Origin: an uncultured bacterium
Lineage (GTDB): Bacteria > Babelota > Babeliae > Babelales > Babelaceae
Reading direction: 5' to 3'
DNA length: 64,000 nt
NCBI GenBank assembly: GCA_963722385.1
Contig: CAVRKK010000002.1
Span: forward strand, 800,001-864,000
Numbering within the stretch: position 1 is the stretch's first letter; the number at the start of each line of letters is the position of its first letter. The notes beneath the pieces were generated by a model. The model saw only the letters and a program-made list of their open reading frames with translations, had not been told where the DNA came from and ran no database searches. Position numbers and translations under genes: made by a program. This document shows positions 50,411 through 59,282 of this stretch, one piece after another.

Positions 50411-51159
50411 GGCAGCTGACCTCAGTGCGTAACCCCGAGGTTAAAAAAGTTGTCGCTCTTCACGACAAGAAGGGCCGAACCGAGCATCGCCTGTTTATTG
50501 TTGAGGGTAAGCGCGGCATTCGCTCATTTCTGGACGCGGGATGGCAACCAGCAGAGCTCTTTATGACACACGCAACCTCTGCAAGTGTTGGGAATTTCTT
50601 TCAACCATACACCCTCGTAAGCGATCACGTTATGCAGAAAATGAGCACGAGCACTACGCCAAGCGGTTTACTCGCGCTCTTTCCGCTGCCGGCAAAGCAG
50701 CACCCTAGAGCTCTTGCACCGGGGCTTGTCATGGCCCGTATAAGTGATGCCGGCAATATGGGTACCTTGATACGAACAGCAGCTGCCGTTGGTAATCGAT
50801 CAATCGTTGTTATTGAAGGCTGTGATCCCTGGAGCCCTAAGGTTGTGCAGGCGAGCGCTGGCGCGCTCTCTCTGCTTTCAGTTATTGAGCTTACCTGGCA
50901 AGACTTAGTTGCTGAAAAGGGGTCGTTGGCACTCTGTGCGTTGGTTATCACCGGCGGCAAGCCACCAGAAGAACTCAATCTGTCATCTGCTTTGCTCGTT
51001 GTGGGCAATGAGGCACACGGGATACCGCCGGAATGGCTTGCGCAATGCGATGCGCGCCTAACACTTCCGATGCCGGGCAATACCGAGAGTCTCAATGCAG
51101 CAGTTGCTGGATCGATTGCTTTGTATTTGCAATATCGTCCTTGCTCGAAAACGCGATGA
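50407..51159 (+). CDS. TrmH/SpoU-family RNA methyltransferase
   Basis: DAGNMGTLIRTA, GNEAHGI, ESLNAAVA. Confidence 0.93.
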   Translation: MRQLTSVRNPEVKKVVALHDKKGRTEHRLFIVEGKRGIRSFLDAGWQPAELFMTHATSASVGNFFQPYTLVSDHVMQKMSTSTTPSGLLALFPLPAKQHPRALAPGLVMARISDAGNMGTLIRTAAAVGNRSIVVIEGCDPWSPKVVQASAGALSLLSVIELTWQDLVAEKGSLALCALVITGGKPPEELNLSSALLVVGNEAHGIPPEWLAQCDARLTLPMPGNTESLNAAVAGSIALYLQYRPCSKTR

Positions 51160-51181
51160 AAACGCGCGAACCATGTACCTT

Positions 51182-51231
51182 TTGACAATTTATCCACAAA
51201 GTGGTAGATTTTTAGCCACTTAATGGATAAA
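51182..51231 (+). promoter_or_regulatory. Promoter with overlapping inverted repeat upstream of DUF4143 ATPase
   Basis: TTGACA at 51182; TTTATCCACAAAGTGG-N11-CCACTTAATGGATAAA (14/16). Confidence 0.6.
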
Positions 51232-51248
51232 AATAAAAATGGTGCTCT

Positions 51249-52484
51249 ATGTTTCAACGGAATCTACGACCTATACTTGAAAAAGCTCTTGCGAGAAGCC
51301 CTGTCGTTCTGCTCAATGGCGCGAGGCAAACGGGGAAAACGACGCTCGTTAAGCTTATCGGACAGGAAAAGGGTTACACCTACATCACGTTTGACGATTT
51401 GCACTTCTTATCTTTAGCCAAGCAAGATCCGGTTGGCTTTCTTGCTGGCATACCAAAGCCCGTTATTTTTGATGAAGTTCAGCGTGCTCCAGAAATACTT
51501 TTGGGCATCAAGAAAGATGTCGATGAACATCGAGAGCCGGGACGTTATTTAGTAACGGGATCGGCTAACCCGCTGCTTATTTCTCATTTAGGAGAATTTC
51601 TTGTCGGGCGGATGGAGATACTCGAGATGTACCCGCTTTCTCAAGGAGAACTCATAGGCAAAGTCGAAGGCTTTATCGATTATGCTTTCGCTGATGGCGC
51701 ATTGCCAACTTTGGCGACTTCGCTATCCAAACGAGATCTCTTTAAGCGGGTTCTCGTGGGAGGGTATCCTCTTGTCCAAGACATCAGCCAAGAAGATCGT
51801 GCGAGTTGGTTTGCAAGCTATCTCAAGACCCTGGTAGAGCGTGATGTAAAGGACCTTGCTAATGTGGCAGGGCTTACTGAATTACCATTTTTGCTACGAC
51901 TTCTCGCCACACGAGCGGGCAATTTGCTCAATATTGCTGAAGTTTCACGGGTAAGCGGCGTTGCTTTGACAACATTGAGGCGTTACCTTGCTTTGCTTAA
52001 GGCCCTTTTTATCATAGATTTTCAGCAACCGTGGGCTTCTCACGAAGGAAAGAGGCTTGTCAAAACGCCAAAGCTTTATATGATAGATGCTGGGCTCTTG
52101 TCATATCTTTTAGCAATTACGCTTAATACGCTTGATGCTGAAAATAAGCTGGTTGTTATGGGGAGTATTTTGGAAAACTTTGTTTTCAACGAGCTTACCA
52201 AGCAAAGTACCTGGAGCTCCAAGCGAGTCACCAATTATCATTACCGTACTCAAACGGGTACTGAGGTTGACTTTGTTCTCGAGGATGACGCGCGGCGCAT
52301 AGTTGGTCTCGAGGTTAAGTCAGCCAGCACATTGATACCAAATGATTTTAAAGGGCTTATGCATCTCCAGCAGGAAATGGGAAAAAATTTTGCTAAAGGT
52401 ATAATTTTATATACTGGCGCTCAATACATTCCTATGAATAAGCAAATTTTTGCCTTGCCGATAAGTTCATTGTGGACAATGTAG
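51249..52484 (+). CDS. AAA+ ATPase with DUF4143 / PD-(D/E)XK C-terminus
   Basis: GARQTGKTT, DEVQ, TGSA, ERDV, KTPKLY..D.GL, EVD...EVK. Confidence 0.9.
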   Translation: MFQRNLRPILEKALARSPVVLLNGARQTGKTTLVKLIGQEKGYTYITFDDLHFLSLAKQDPVGFLAGIPKPVIFDEVQRAPEILLGIKKDVDEHREPGRYLVTGSANPLLISHLGEFLVGRMEILEMYPLSQGELIGKVEGFIDYAFADGALPTLATSLSKRDLFKRVLVGGYPLVQDISQEDRASWFASYLKTLVERDVKDLANVAGLTELPFLLRLLATRAGNLLNIAEVSRVSGVALTTLRRYLALLKALFIIDFQQPWASHEGKRLVKTPKLYMIDAGLLSYLLAITLNTLDAENKLVVMGSILENFVFNELTKQSTWSSKRVTNYHYRTQTGTEVDFVLEDDARRIVGLEVKSASTLIPNDFKGLMHLQQEMGKNFAKGIILYTGAQYIPMNKQIFALPISSLWTM

Positions 52485-52520
52485 GCTGACTATCGAAAAA
52501 ATATAAACAAGGAACTACTT

Positions 52521-52973
52521 ATGGTAGACAGGCGACCTCACCTGGGTGTGGCGGTTATTATCCGAAAAGGTAACACTATTCTGTTGGGTAAAAGAAAAAA
52601 TGCTCACGGAGAGGGCACCTGGGCAACACCTGGTGGGCATCTTGAATTTGGGGAAACGTTCGAGCAATGTGCGATACGTGAAGTCTTAGAAGAGACCGGC
52701 TTGCAACTTGGTATGATGTGGCAAGGTCCCTCGGTCAACAATATTTTTTTTCAAGAAAACATGCATTACGTTACGATTTTTATGGTAGCCGATTATGTTG
52801 GCGGTGTTCCGGAAGCTCGTGAGCCTGATAAGTGCGAGCAGTGGGAGTGGTTTGATTGGAGTGCTTTACCCAAGCCTTTGTTTATGTCCTACCATATGCT
52901 CAATATACCCGAAAATCATCTTGCGCTAACGCATCTTAAGGGTCATCAGGGCGACCAGGCACAAAATTCCTGA
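52521..52973 (+). CDS. NUDIX hydrolase (MutT/NUDT15-like)
   Basis: [35 protein letters not shown]; true stop probably near 52929. Confidence 0.92.
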   Translation: MVDRRPHLGVAVIIRKGNTILLGKRKNAHGEGTWATPGGHLEFGETFEQCAIREVLEETGLQLGMMWQGPSVNNIFFQENMHYVTIFMVADYVGGVPEAREPDKCEQWEWFDWSALPKPLFMSYHMLNIPENHLALTHLKGHQGDQAQNS

Positions 52974-53039
52974 GACAAGGCCAAAGCGCACGGTAATTTT
53001 TGCTTCCTGCCAGCCCATGAGCTCAAAATGATGGTGGAG
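52899..53039. repeat. Direct repeat of the NUDIX/mraY 3' junction, copy 1
   Basis: Near-identical to 59143-59282. Confidence 0.95.
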
Positions 53040-53075
53040 TGAGGAGATTGATTAGTTGATAATTATAAATATTTA

Positions 53076-54236
53076 TTAGCAGCAAAACTTCTTTAAAAAA
53101 TCGTATATGATTGCATAGCCTATCTCTAGATCTTCGAGCCTAATGGATTCATTTACCTCATGTAATGCGGGCTTTATGGCAAATGGTGTAAGTCCTAAAG
53201 TTTCCGAACCATAGTGGCTATAAAACCGTGAATCGGTAGTTGCTTCAAAGTACAATGGCTTTGCATGGTAACCGCTCTTTTTTATTGCTTGAGCAAGCGA
53301 GTGGTAAAAGAGAGTGTCTGTTGGAGCAATTTTCATGCGCTCAGTACTGGTAGCAAGGATTTTATAAGCTATAGAGTTGTATTTTATACAAAGCTCATCG
53401 AGCTGCTCTGTTATATGGGAGTATTCCATCTGCAGTGGTATTCGAATATCTACTGTTGCTGACGCTTTGGAAGGTATGACGTTTAAGATATTTGAGCATC
53501 CGGCTTGCAGCGATGTAACTTGGTAGGAACATAATAGTCCAGCGGTTTGTTGAGAAGCGTTTTTTTGTTGTTTAGCGTGTAATTGATAGAGATCATATAA
53601 AAAACGAACAAGCTCATATGCTGCATTGGGCGACACAAGCGATGACCCGTGTGCGTTTTTTCCTATTGATGTTATTTGAATCTGTAATGGCGTTCGCTCA
53701 CCTATTTTTATAAATAGGTGGGCGTCATTTCCTGATGCAAGGCCCTCATCAAGAACGTAACCAGGAGCATAGTACTTATATGCTGGGTGTTCAATAAACT
53801 GCTTTGTTCCTAAAAAACCACCTCGTTCTTCATCAGGTACCATAAAAATATGGATTGTTCGTTGAGGAACAATCCCTGATTTTTTAAGTGCAGATAATGC
53901 TGCATAGTGAACAACGCCAACTCCTTTCATATCTTGTGTGCCACGTCCTATTATACGTTGATCTTGTACTACACCATTGAAAGGACCGACGCGCCACTCA
54001 CTTGCTGTAGCTGGTACAACGTCCATATGATGATTTAAAGCAAGCGGTTTTAATGCTTGGTCTTTGGCTTCCAAGGTTATGATCAAAACTGGATAACCTG
54101 ATGGTAATGCGATTACCTGGCTTGTTAAGCCATCAGCATTTGCATAATTGAGAAATAGTTCTACGCAGGCATAGTATGCTTGTTGCTCGCCTTCGCTTGT
54201 ATCGATGGCGATATAGGAACATAGTAGATCTTTCAC
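53076..54236 (-). CDS. M20 metallopeptidase, aminoacylase-1-like
   Basis: LNHHMDVVP, GRGTQDMK, VPDEERGG, DEGLAS, TDSRFY, LH..NE. Confidence 0.88.
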   Translation of the reverse strand: MKDLLCSYIAIDTSEGEQQAYYACVELFLNYANADGLTSQVIALPSGYPVLIITLEAKDQALKPLALNHHMDVVPATASEWRVGPFNGVVQDQRIIGRGTQDMKGVGVVHYAALSALKKSGIVPQRTIHIFMVPDEERGGFLGTKQFIEHPAYKYYAPGYVLDEGLASGNDAHLFIKIGERTPLQIQITSIGKNAHGSSLVSPNAAYELVRFLYDLYQLHAKQQKNASQQTAGLLCSYQVTSLQAGCSNILNVIPSKASATVDIRIPLQMEYSHITEQLDELCIKYNSIAYKILATSTERMKIAPTDTLFYHSLAQAIKKSGYHAKPLYFEATTDSRFYSHYGSETLGLTPFAIKPALHEVNESIRLEDLEIGYAIIYDFLKKFCC

Positions 54237-54289
54237 GTCGAAACTCGCTGTGGGTTGCCGAGCTGACTTAGTCAGCTCGGCATTGTTTA

Positions 54290-55162
54290 TTATTTATATT
54301 CGTAGGTACTTGCTAGCAATACATAGCCAAAACCAGATACACTCTCAGGTATGAGCATTCCAGTATCATTAAACTCTGGTTTGTATGCTTTAAACCTAAT
54401 ACAATCAAGCGGTAAGCAAGTGCGTGAAGTGTCTGACAGGAGCCGTTGCATTTCCTCAGCAAACACAAGTGCGATGCTTTTGGTTCTTCCTTCGGCTAAG
54501 CTTCCTCCCGCTAGCTCTTGTATCAATCCATAAACTAACCCTATTCCATCATAGTTTTTCGCTTTAATAGTGTTAACTATATCTTGACCTCGCAATTGTA
54601 GCGCCGTTCGTAAAAGCTCGGCATTAATTCCCTGGCCTCGATGTGCAGGTAGCGTGTAGTCGCTGCCGTTGTAGATAAAGAGTGTACTTAGAGGATTTGA
54701 ACGCGAGATATGATTGAGTGGCCTAAAAAGGATTTTTCGTTGAGTAGGCCGCGCTAAGAAAATTGCGCAGCCTTGATGATCTTCTTTATAATATAATTTG
54801 TCTTCGAAGCAGCGAATTTCACCAAAAAGTATTTCGTAGAACTCTTCTGTATTTTCAGTAATAAGAAAGAGTTTTTTAAAAGCGACAAGCTGACCATCGC
54901 TTGTTGCCGCAACAAAAATACGACCTTTTTCAATCGCTTCTTTCAATGCTGGTTCCCTCAACGACTCAGGCAAGACAACGAGCGCATGCTTGGCTTCATC
55001 ATCAAATCCAGCAATCATTTTTAATAGCTCTGGTATGTCATCAGAAGCTGCTTGACGATAGGTTATTTTCGCCTGGCTAGGAGAAGAGTCTGAAGGTGAC
55101 TCCATGCCATTGACTAAATTAAAAATGGAAATTATAAGAAATAAGCTCATAAAGCGGAACAT
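54290..55162 (-). CDS. Exported GNAT-like protein
   Basis: Signal peptide then GMESP; YRQA...DI, YTLPAHRGQGINAELL acetyl-CoA motif. Confidence 0.7.
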   Translation of the reverse strand: MFRFMSLFLIISIFNLVNGMESPSDSSPSQAKITYRQAASDDIPELLKMIAGFDDEAKHALVVLPESLREPALKEAIEKGRIFVAATSDGQLVAFKKLFLITENTEEFYEILFGEIRCFEDKLYYKEDHQGCAIFLARPTQRKILFRPLNHISRSNPLSTLFIYNGSDYTLPAHRGQGINAELLRTALQLRGQDIVNTIKAKNYDGIGLVYGLIQELAGGSLAEGRTKSIALVFAEEMQRLLSDTSRTCLPLDCIRFKAYKPEFNDTGMLIPESVSGFGYVLLASTYEYK

Positions 55163-55222
55163 ATGTTTATCTCCAAATATAGGTAGAAAATACTTAAGTT
55201 AAATAAAATAAGTTAATAAGCA

Positions 55223-56143
55223 TTAAAAAGTAGTAGGCGACAAGCGCCAAGGAATAAATGAGCCGATATGTTGAACTAATTCCTCAGGTAGTCTTTGTCG
55301 CAATTGGTTGAGACCCTTCCTTTGTTGGTAATTTTTCATAACTTCAACTATCTGTTCCATAGCAGTGTAGCGTATGCTTTGGCTTGCTGCTTCTACGTAG
55401 GCCTGCGCTTGTTGTGCTTTTTTGAGAATATGGTGGATATTAATTGCTATGCTATAAAAGGACATTGCATCTAAAATGAGCTCTACGACAGCGGGATGTC
55501 CTTGAGCGATTGCCCAGTATAAGGCTTGAGTTATAACATAAGTAAAGCAAGCACTGGTAGGATTCAAAGAAGCTAATAATAGCGCAATCTCTTCCTGTTG
55601 ACCAGTAAATGCTGCTATGTAAAAGGCTTCTGCAATGGTATTACCCGTAATCAAATGTTTACCATTCTTCCAAATAAAATTTTTCACTTCAGTCTTTTGT
55701 CTACCAAGTGCTATCAGGAATGCTTCGTTAAGTATTTTGATTTCTTCATCTGACAGCGAGCTTTCTCTTGCGAGAAGCGCGGTAATAAATTGTAAAGCTT
55801 TATTTTGGTTGCCGAATGCAACTGCTCTTAAAACCTTTTCCGGATGCGCCTTTTTAAAATCTGCGCAAAATTGCTCGTCATGACAAAGGTATGCAAGAGC
55901 ACCGTAACGAATGATCCAGCGCATTGCTTCGCTTGTCAGGCGCCCTTCTTCATAGGGAAGCTGAGCTAAAAATATCCCAAGTGATTCACCTTGAGCGAGC
56001 ATTTTTTTAATAGCGGCCACCGATAGTTGTTTTTTGAAATAATGGCAAAGTGGGTCCTTTGTAGGCATGAAGTCTGCGCAAAACTCCATGCTTTTAAGCG
56101 ATGTGCTTATGCAGATCAGCAACAATAAATATTTGTATATCAT
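55223..56143 (-). CDS. Exported degenerate ankyrin protein with C-terminal F-box-like motif
   Basis: Signal peptide then SMEF; ALYWAIAQGHPAVVELIL; LPEELVQHIGSFI. Confidence 0.7.
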   Translation of the reverse strand: MIYKYLLLLICISTSLKSMEFCADFMPTKDPLCHYFKKQLSVAAIKKMLAQGESLGIFLAQLPYEEGRLTSEAMRWIIRYGALAYLCHDEQFCADFKKAHPEKVLRAVAFGNQNKALQFITALLARESSLSDEEIKILNEAFLIALGRQKTEVKNFIWKNGKHLITGNTIAEAFYIAAFTGQQEEIALLLASLNPTSACFTYVITQALYWAIAQGHPAVVELILDAMSFYSIAINIHHILKKAQQAQAYVEAASQSIRYTAMEQIVEVMKNYQQRKGLNQLRQRLPEELVQHIGSFIPWRLSPTTF

Positions 56144-56171
56144 TTTTATTACCTTGTGTGAAAATTTTTGC

Positions 56172-56810
56172 CTATCCGAGCTTAATGGGTTCCCCGGTCT
56201 GGTAATCTTGTATAATGGCGTCATCATGACAAATGCAAATGCAGAATATATCCTTGCTAATATGCTTGATCATATCCATGACATGGCGAGCGTTTGCTTG
56301 ATCAAGCGCTGAAGTTGGCTCATCAAGAATAAGTATCAGTGGATTTTTTGCTAATGCCATACTTAAAGTGAGTAATTGACGCTGTCCACCAGAAAGATTT
56401 TTCGCAGGCATGTTATCTGGTATTCCAAAAGGTATATTTGGAGTACTCGTAGCCAAGCTTAATCCCGGGTATGCCGGAAAGCTTGAAGCACAGATATTTT
56501 CTTTTGCCGAGAAATTAAGTGCTAACATGTTATCTACCTGTTGATGGACATAAACAGCATGGTTGTATAGGAATTGCTTGGTCCTTTTGTGTGCTAAGTT
56601 ATGGATGCTATTTTGTACGGTGATGGTGCCGCTTAAGAGTCCAGGTGATTCTACCAGTCCAGCGAGAATATGGGCGAGTGTTGTCTTACCAGTACCGTTT
56701 TGTCCTGTTAAAAAGTAAAGCCCATATTCCTCAAGAGTGAACGAGAGCTTATTAAAGAGTTGCTTTCCGGCAGGAAAGGTAAAAGTAAGGTTATTTACAC
56801 TAAGTTTCAT
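56172..56810 (-). CDS. ABC transporter ATP-binding protein
   Basis: GQNGTGKTT, LSGGQRQ, ILDEPTSALD. Confidence 0.93.
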   Translation of the reverse strand: MKLSVNNLTFTFPAGKQLFNKLSFTLEEYGLYFLTGQNGTGKTTLAHILAGLVESPGLLSGTITVQNSIHNLAHKRTKQFLYNHAVYVHQQVDNMLALNFSAKENICASSFPAYPGLSLATSTPNIPFGIPDNMPAKNLSGGQRQLLTLSMALAKNPLILILDEPTSALDQANARHVMDMIKHISKDIFCICICHDDAIIQDYQTGEPIKLG

Positions 56811-56812
56811 GG

Positions 56813-57688
56813 TTATATTCCTAAGGTAATAGGCGATTTTTGCATAAGGAAAAGGCATGTTAGTACCACTGCTTGTACAAGCTGAAAGTAGTGAAGATCG
56901 ATGCCAATATGAAGCAGGCACGATTGTACAACAAAGTAGCAAGCAATTCCGATTAGGGGTTGGACGGCGCTGATTGTTGCTTTTGTAGGATTGACTGTTT
57001 TGCCCAGCATTAAGGCGGTGATGCATAAAAGAGGTATGCCGTGAGCCATGCTTGTATCAATAAAGCCATTGTTTTGTGCTACCAAAAACCCGCTGATTCC
57101 TGCTAGTGCGTTGGCGATAGCAAGGCCTGCGCATACGCTGTAGGTCGTTGATATCTTATGGCTTGCTAAAAATTGGGCATTATCGCCATAAAAAGCACAA
57201 GTTATCCCAAGCCTTGTCTTTAATAGATAGGCCATGCAAAGGATGGCGCCAACGCCGGTAAGAAGCAGTATCGGCAATGTCGGATGTGCAGGAATGAAAG
57301 AAAGCATGTTTAGTGCCGCGTGATTGGTAAGTGATTTATGACTTCCACCGAGAACCAACAAGCTTGCGCCATGCGCAAAGCCCACAATAACGATGCTACA
57401 CAAAAGATGTGACAGCCTACCATAGGCATTCAGCAACCCGGCTGCGAGGCCAACAGTGCTTCCTGCCACGAAGGCTGCTGCAAGCCCAATTACAAGACTT
57501 GCCAAGGGACCTCCTGGCATTGCGGTAGTGGCAAAACTTCCCGCAAGAGCTCCTATAAGCATAGCACTTTCGATGCTGAGATTTGGTATTTTCATAAGAC
57601 CTATTACAAAGTAGGCCCCGAGGATTAACGGGGCGTACAGTAATGTATGTTCGGTGATAATGAGGCCTTGTTGCAGTAGGCTATACAT
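56813..57688 (-). CDS. ABC transporter permease
   Basis: Multi-TM protein; P.LSIE..., GL.IANALAG.SG.L.AQ..GF.D. Confidence 0.88.
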   Translation of the reverse strand: MYSLLQQGLIITEHTLLYAPLILGAYFVIGLMKIPNLSIESAMLIGALAGSFATTAMPGGPLASLVIGLAAAFVAGSTVGLAAGLLNAYGRLSHLLCSIVIVGFAHGASLLVLGGSHKSLTNHAALNMLSFIPAHPTLPILLLTGVGAILCMAYLLKTRLGITCAFYGDNAQFLASHKISTTYSVCAGLAIANALAGISGFLVAQNNGFIDTSMAHGIPLLCITALMLGKTVNPTKATISAVQPLIGIACYFVVQSCLLHIGIDLHYFQLVQAVVLTCLFLMQKSPITLGI

Positions 57689-58651
57689 AGGTTACCTCTG
57701 GAAATATTTCTGATTGAGCTATTCCAAGAGACTGTAGGGCCTTTTGATTTATTAGAAATCGGCATTGATCGAGAACTTTGCTTGGAACCTCGCTCGGTTT
57801 TTTACGGTCATGAAGAATTACATAAGCTTGATGAGCAGCTGAGGAACCAAACTCATATATTCATAAAGACCATAGGCACAGGTTGCGCCTGCGCTTAATG
57901 AGTTTAAATCTGAGGCATAGAGTGGCAGATGGAGATGATTGCAAAGCATCACCAATTTTTCTATGGAGGCAACAACAGTATTATCACGAAGAATAATAAC
58001 TCCGTCCTGGCCTGGCATAAGCACGGAAGCTTTATGTGAAAGCTCAGCAGATGTGAATATGGGGGCGAGCGTAAGTTCTATACCATGTTCCTTGCAGCAG
58101 GTGGCTAGTGTATCCTTGGCTGCATCGATCATAGGGCTTGGGCAATAGATCAAGAGAAGTCTTTTAATGTTGGGAAAGAGCTTTTGGAAAAAATCAAGTT
58201 GCTTCTGGTAGTGATTTTTGCCAAAGACCTCTGTTACTGTCGTGAAAGTACTGCCTGATGAGGCGAGCGAGGCAATAATCCCGTTTTGTATAGGATTATC
58301 GACAGCCGTGCCAATAATCGGGAGGTTGCTATTGCGCTGGAGCGCCACCTCTTTCATGATTATAGCTGGTTGCGTAGCTACAACAAGCGCAAGATCGTAT
58401 GAGTCTTGGATGATTTTTTCAGCCTGAGTTCGTAGCATTACACGGTCACCGTGAGCGTTGAAGACATCAAAGGTGCACGTTAGACTTTTTGATAAAGTTT
58501 CTTTAAATCCTTTGATAATTTCTTCAAGAGCTCCATGGGAGATTGGCGTCAAAATAGCAATGCGGTGATGATCTCCTTGGTGATTTTTTTTATGATAATA
58601 TGCGTAACAAGCTATAGTTGCTATTAAAATTAGTATAATATACATTTTCAT
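57681..58651 (-). pseudogene. ABC substrate-binding protein (aromatic amino acid TrpX-like), slip in an AT repeat near 57857
   Basis: SHGALEEI..GF, AVDNP, DNTV; C-terminus EFGSSAAHQAYVIL...KKPSEVP continues in another frame to a stop overlapping the permease start. Confidence 0.8.
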
Positions 58652-58704
58652 GAATTTTCCTTAAAAGCTAAATAGTACCAAGTGTGGAGAAAGATCTTGG
58701 ATTG

Positions 58705-58834
58705 CTATCGCCAGGGAAAATTCGTAACTAAGTTAGAAGAGGGGGAAAAGAGACAATAAAAAGAATAGAGAGGGAAACTTAAAAAAATAAGATTATTTTG
58801 ACGCGAGCCAGGGATACCCCCGATAAATAGCCAT
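58705..58834 (-). other. Putative leader peptide / attenuator
   Basis: AAGGAG-N5-ATG; MAIYRGYPWLASK* (58793-58834), or a 42 aa Phe/Tyr/Trp-rich peptide if the G5 run is G4. Confidence 0.55.
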
Positions 58835-58874
58835 AACGACTCCTTGTAATGGCAGGTTTAAGAGATTACTTTAA

Positions 58875-58904
58875 AGTGTAGCAAATTGAATGGGCCTATG
58901 TCAA
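58875..58904 (-). promoter_or_regulatory. Sigma70 promoter of the ABC operon
   Basis: TTGACA-18-TACACT with extended TG. Confidence 0.65.
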
Positions 58905-59088
58905 GGTATCACTCAGCGGAGCGAATGGTGAATTAAAGAGCAGAATCAAAAGCTCTTAACAGGTAGACGAGGAGAGCCACTTTAACATGAGCCAAGAAGC
59001 CATTAATTGATCTAGCAAATCGATAGAGAGCGGAGGCTCGTATTTTAAGATAACTAAAGATTGTTCTATCCGGCAATTGAGGAGAAAC

Positions 59089-59119
59089 CTTGGTACCTGA
59101 ATATGTCTCAGGTACCAAG
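59089..59119. terminator. 12 bp hairpin downstream of mraY
   Basis: CTTGGTACCTGA-N7-TCAGGTACCAAG. Confidence 0.55.
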
Positions 59120-59142
59120 CTGTTGTTTGAGCCTACTAAATC

Positions 59143-59282
59143 CTCAATATACCGAAAATCTTATTGCGCTAGCGCATCTTAAGGGTCATCAGGGCGACCA
59201 GGCACAAAATTCCTGAGACAAGGCCAAAGCGCACGGTAATTTTTGCTTCTTGCCAGCCCATGAGTTCAAAGTGGTGGTGGAG
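59143..59282. repeat. Direct repeat of the NUDIX/mraY 3' junction, copy 2
   Basis: Matches 52899-53039. Confidence 0.95.

Larger units (their letters stand above)
53040..59142. mobile_element. Putative integrated island without a recombinase gene
   Basis: Bounded by 140 bp direct repeats; all cargo genes on the minus strand. Confidence 0.6.

Noticed and set aside
51190..51198. Perfect DnaA box TTATCCACA as oriC
   Set aside because: Single box that forms one arm of a promoter palindrome; no cluster or unwinding region.
50625..51257. 210 aa minus-strand ORF
   Set aside because: Antisense to the TrmH-family gene; no recognisable motifs.
56811..57026. Long N-terminal extension of the ABC ATPase in the ORF track
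   Set aside because: Overlaps the permease; the ATG at 56810 fits the domain start.
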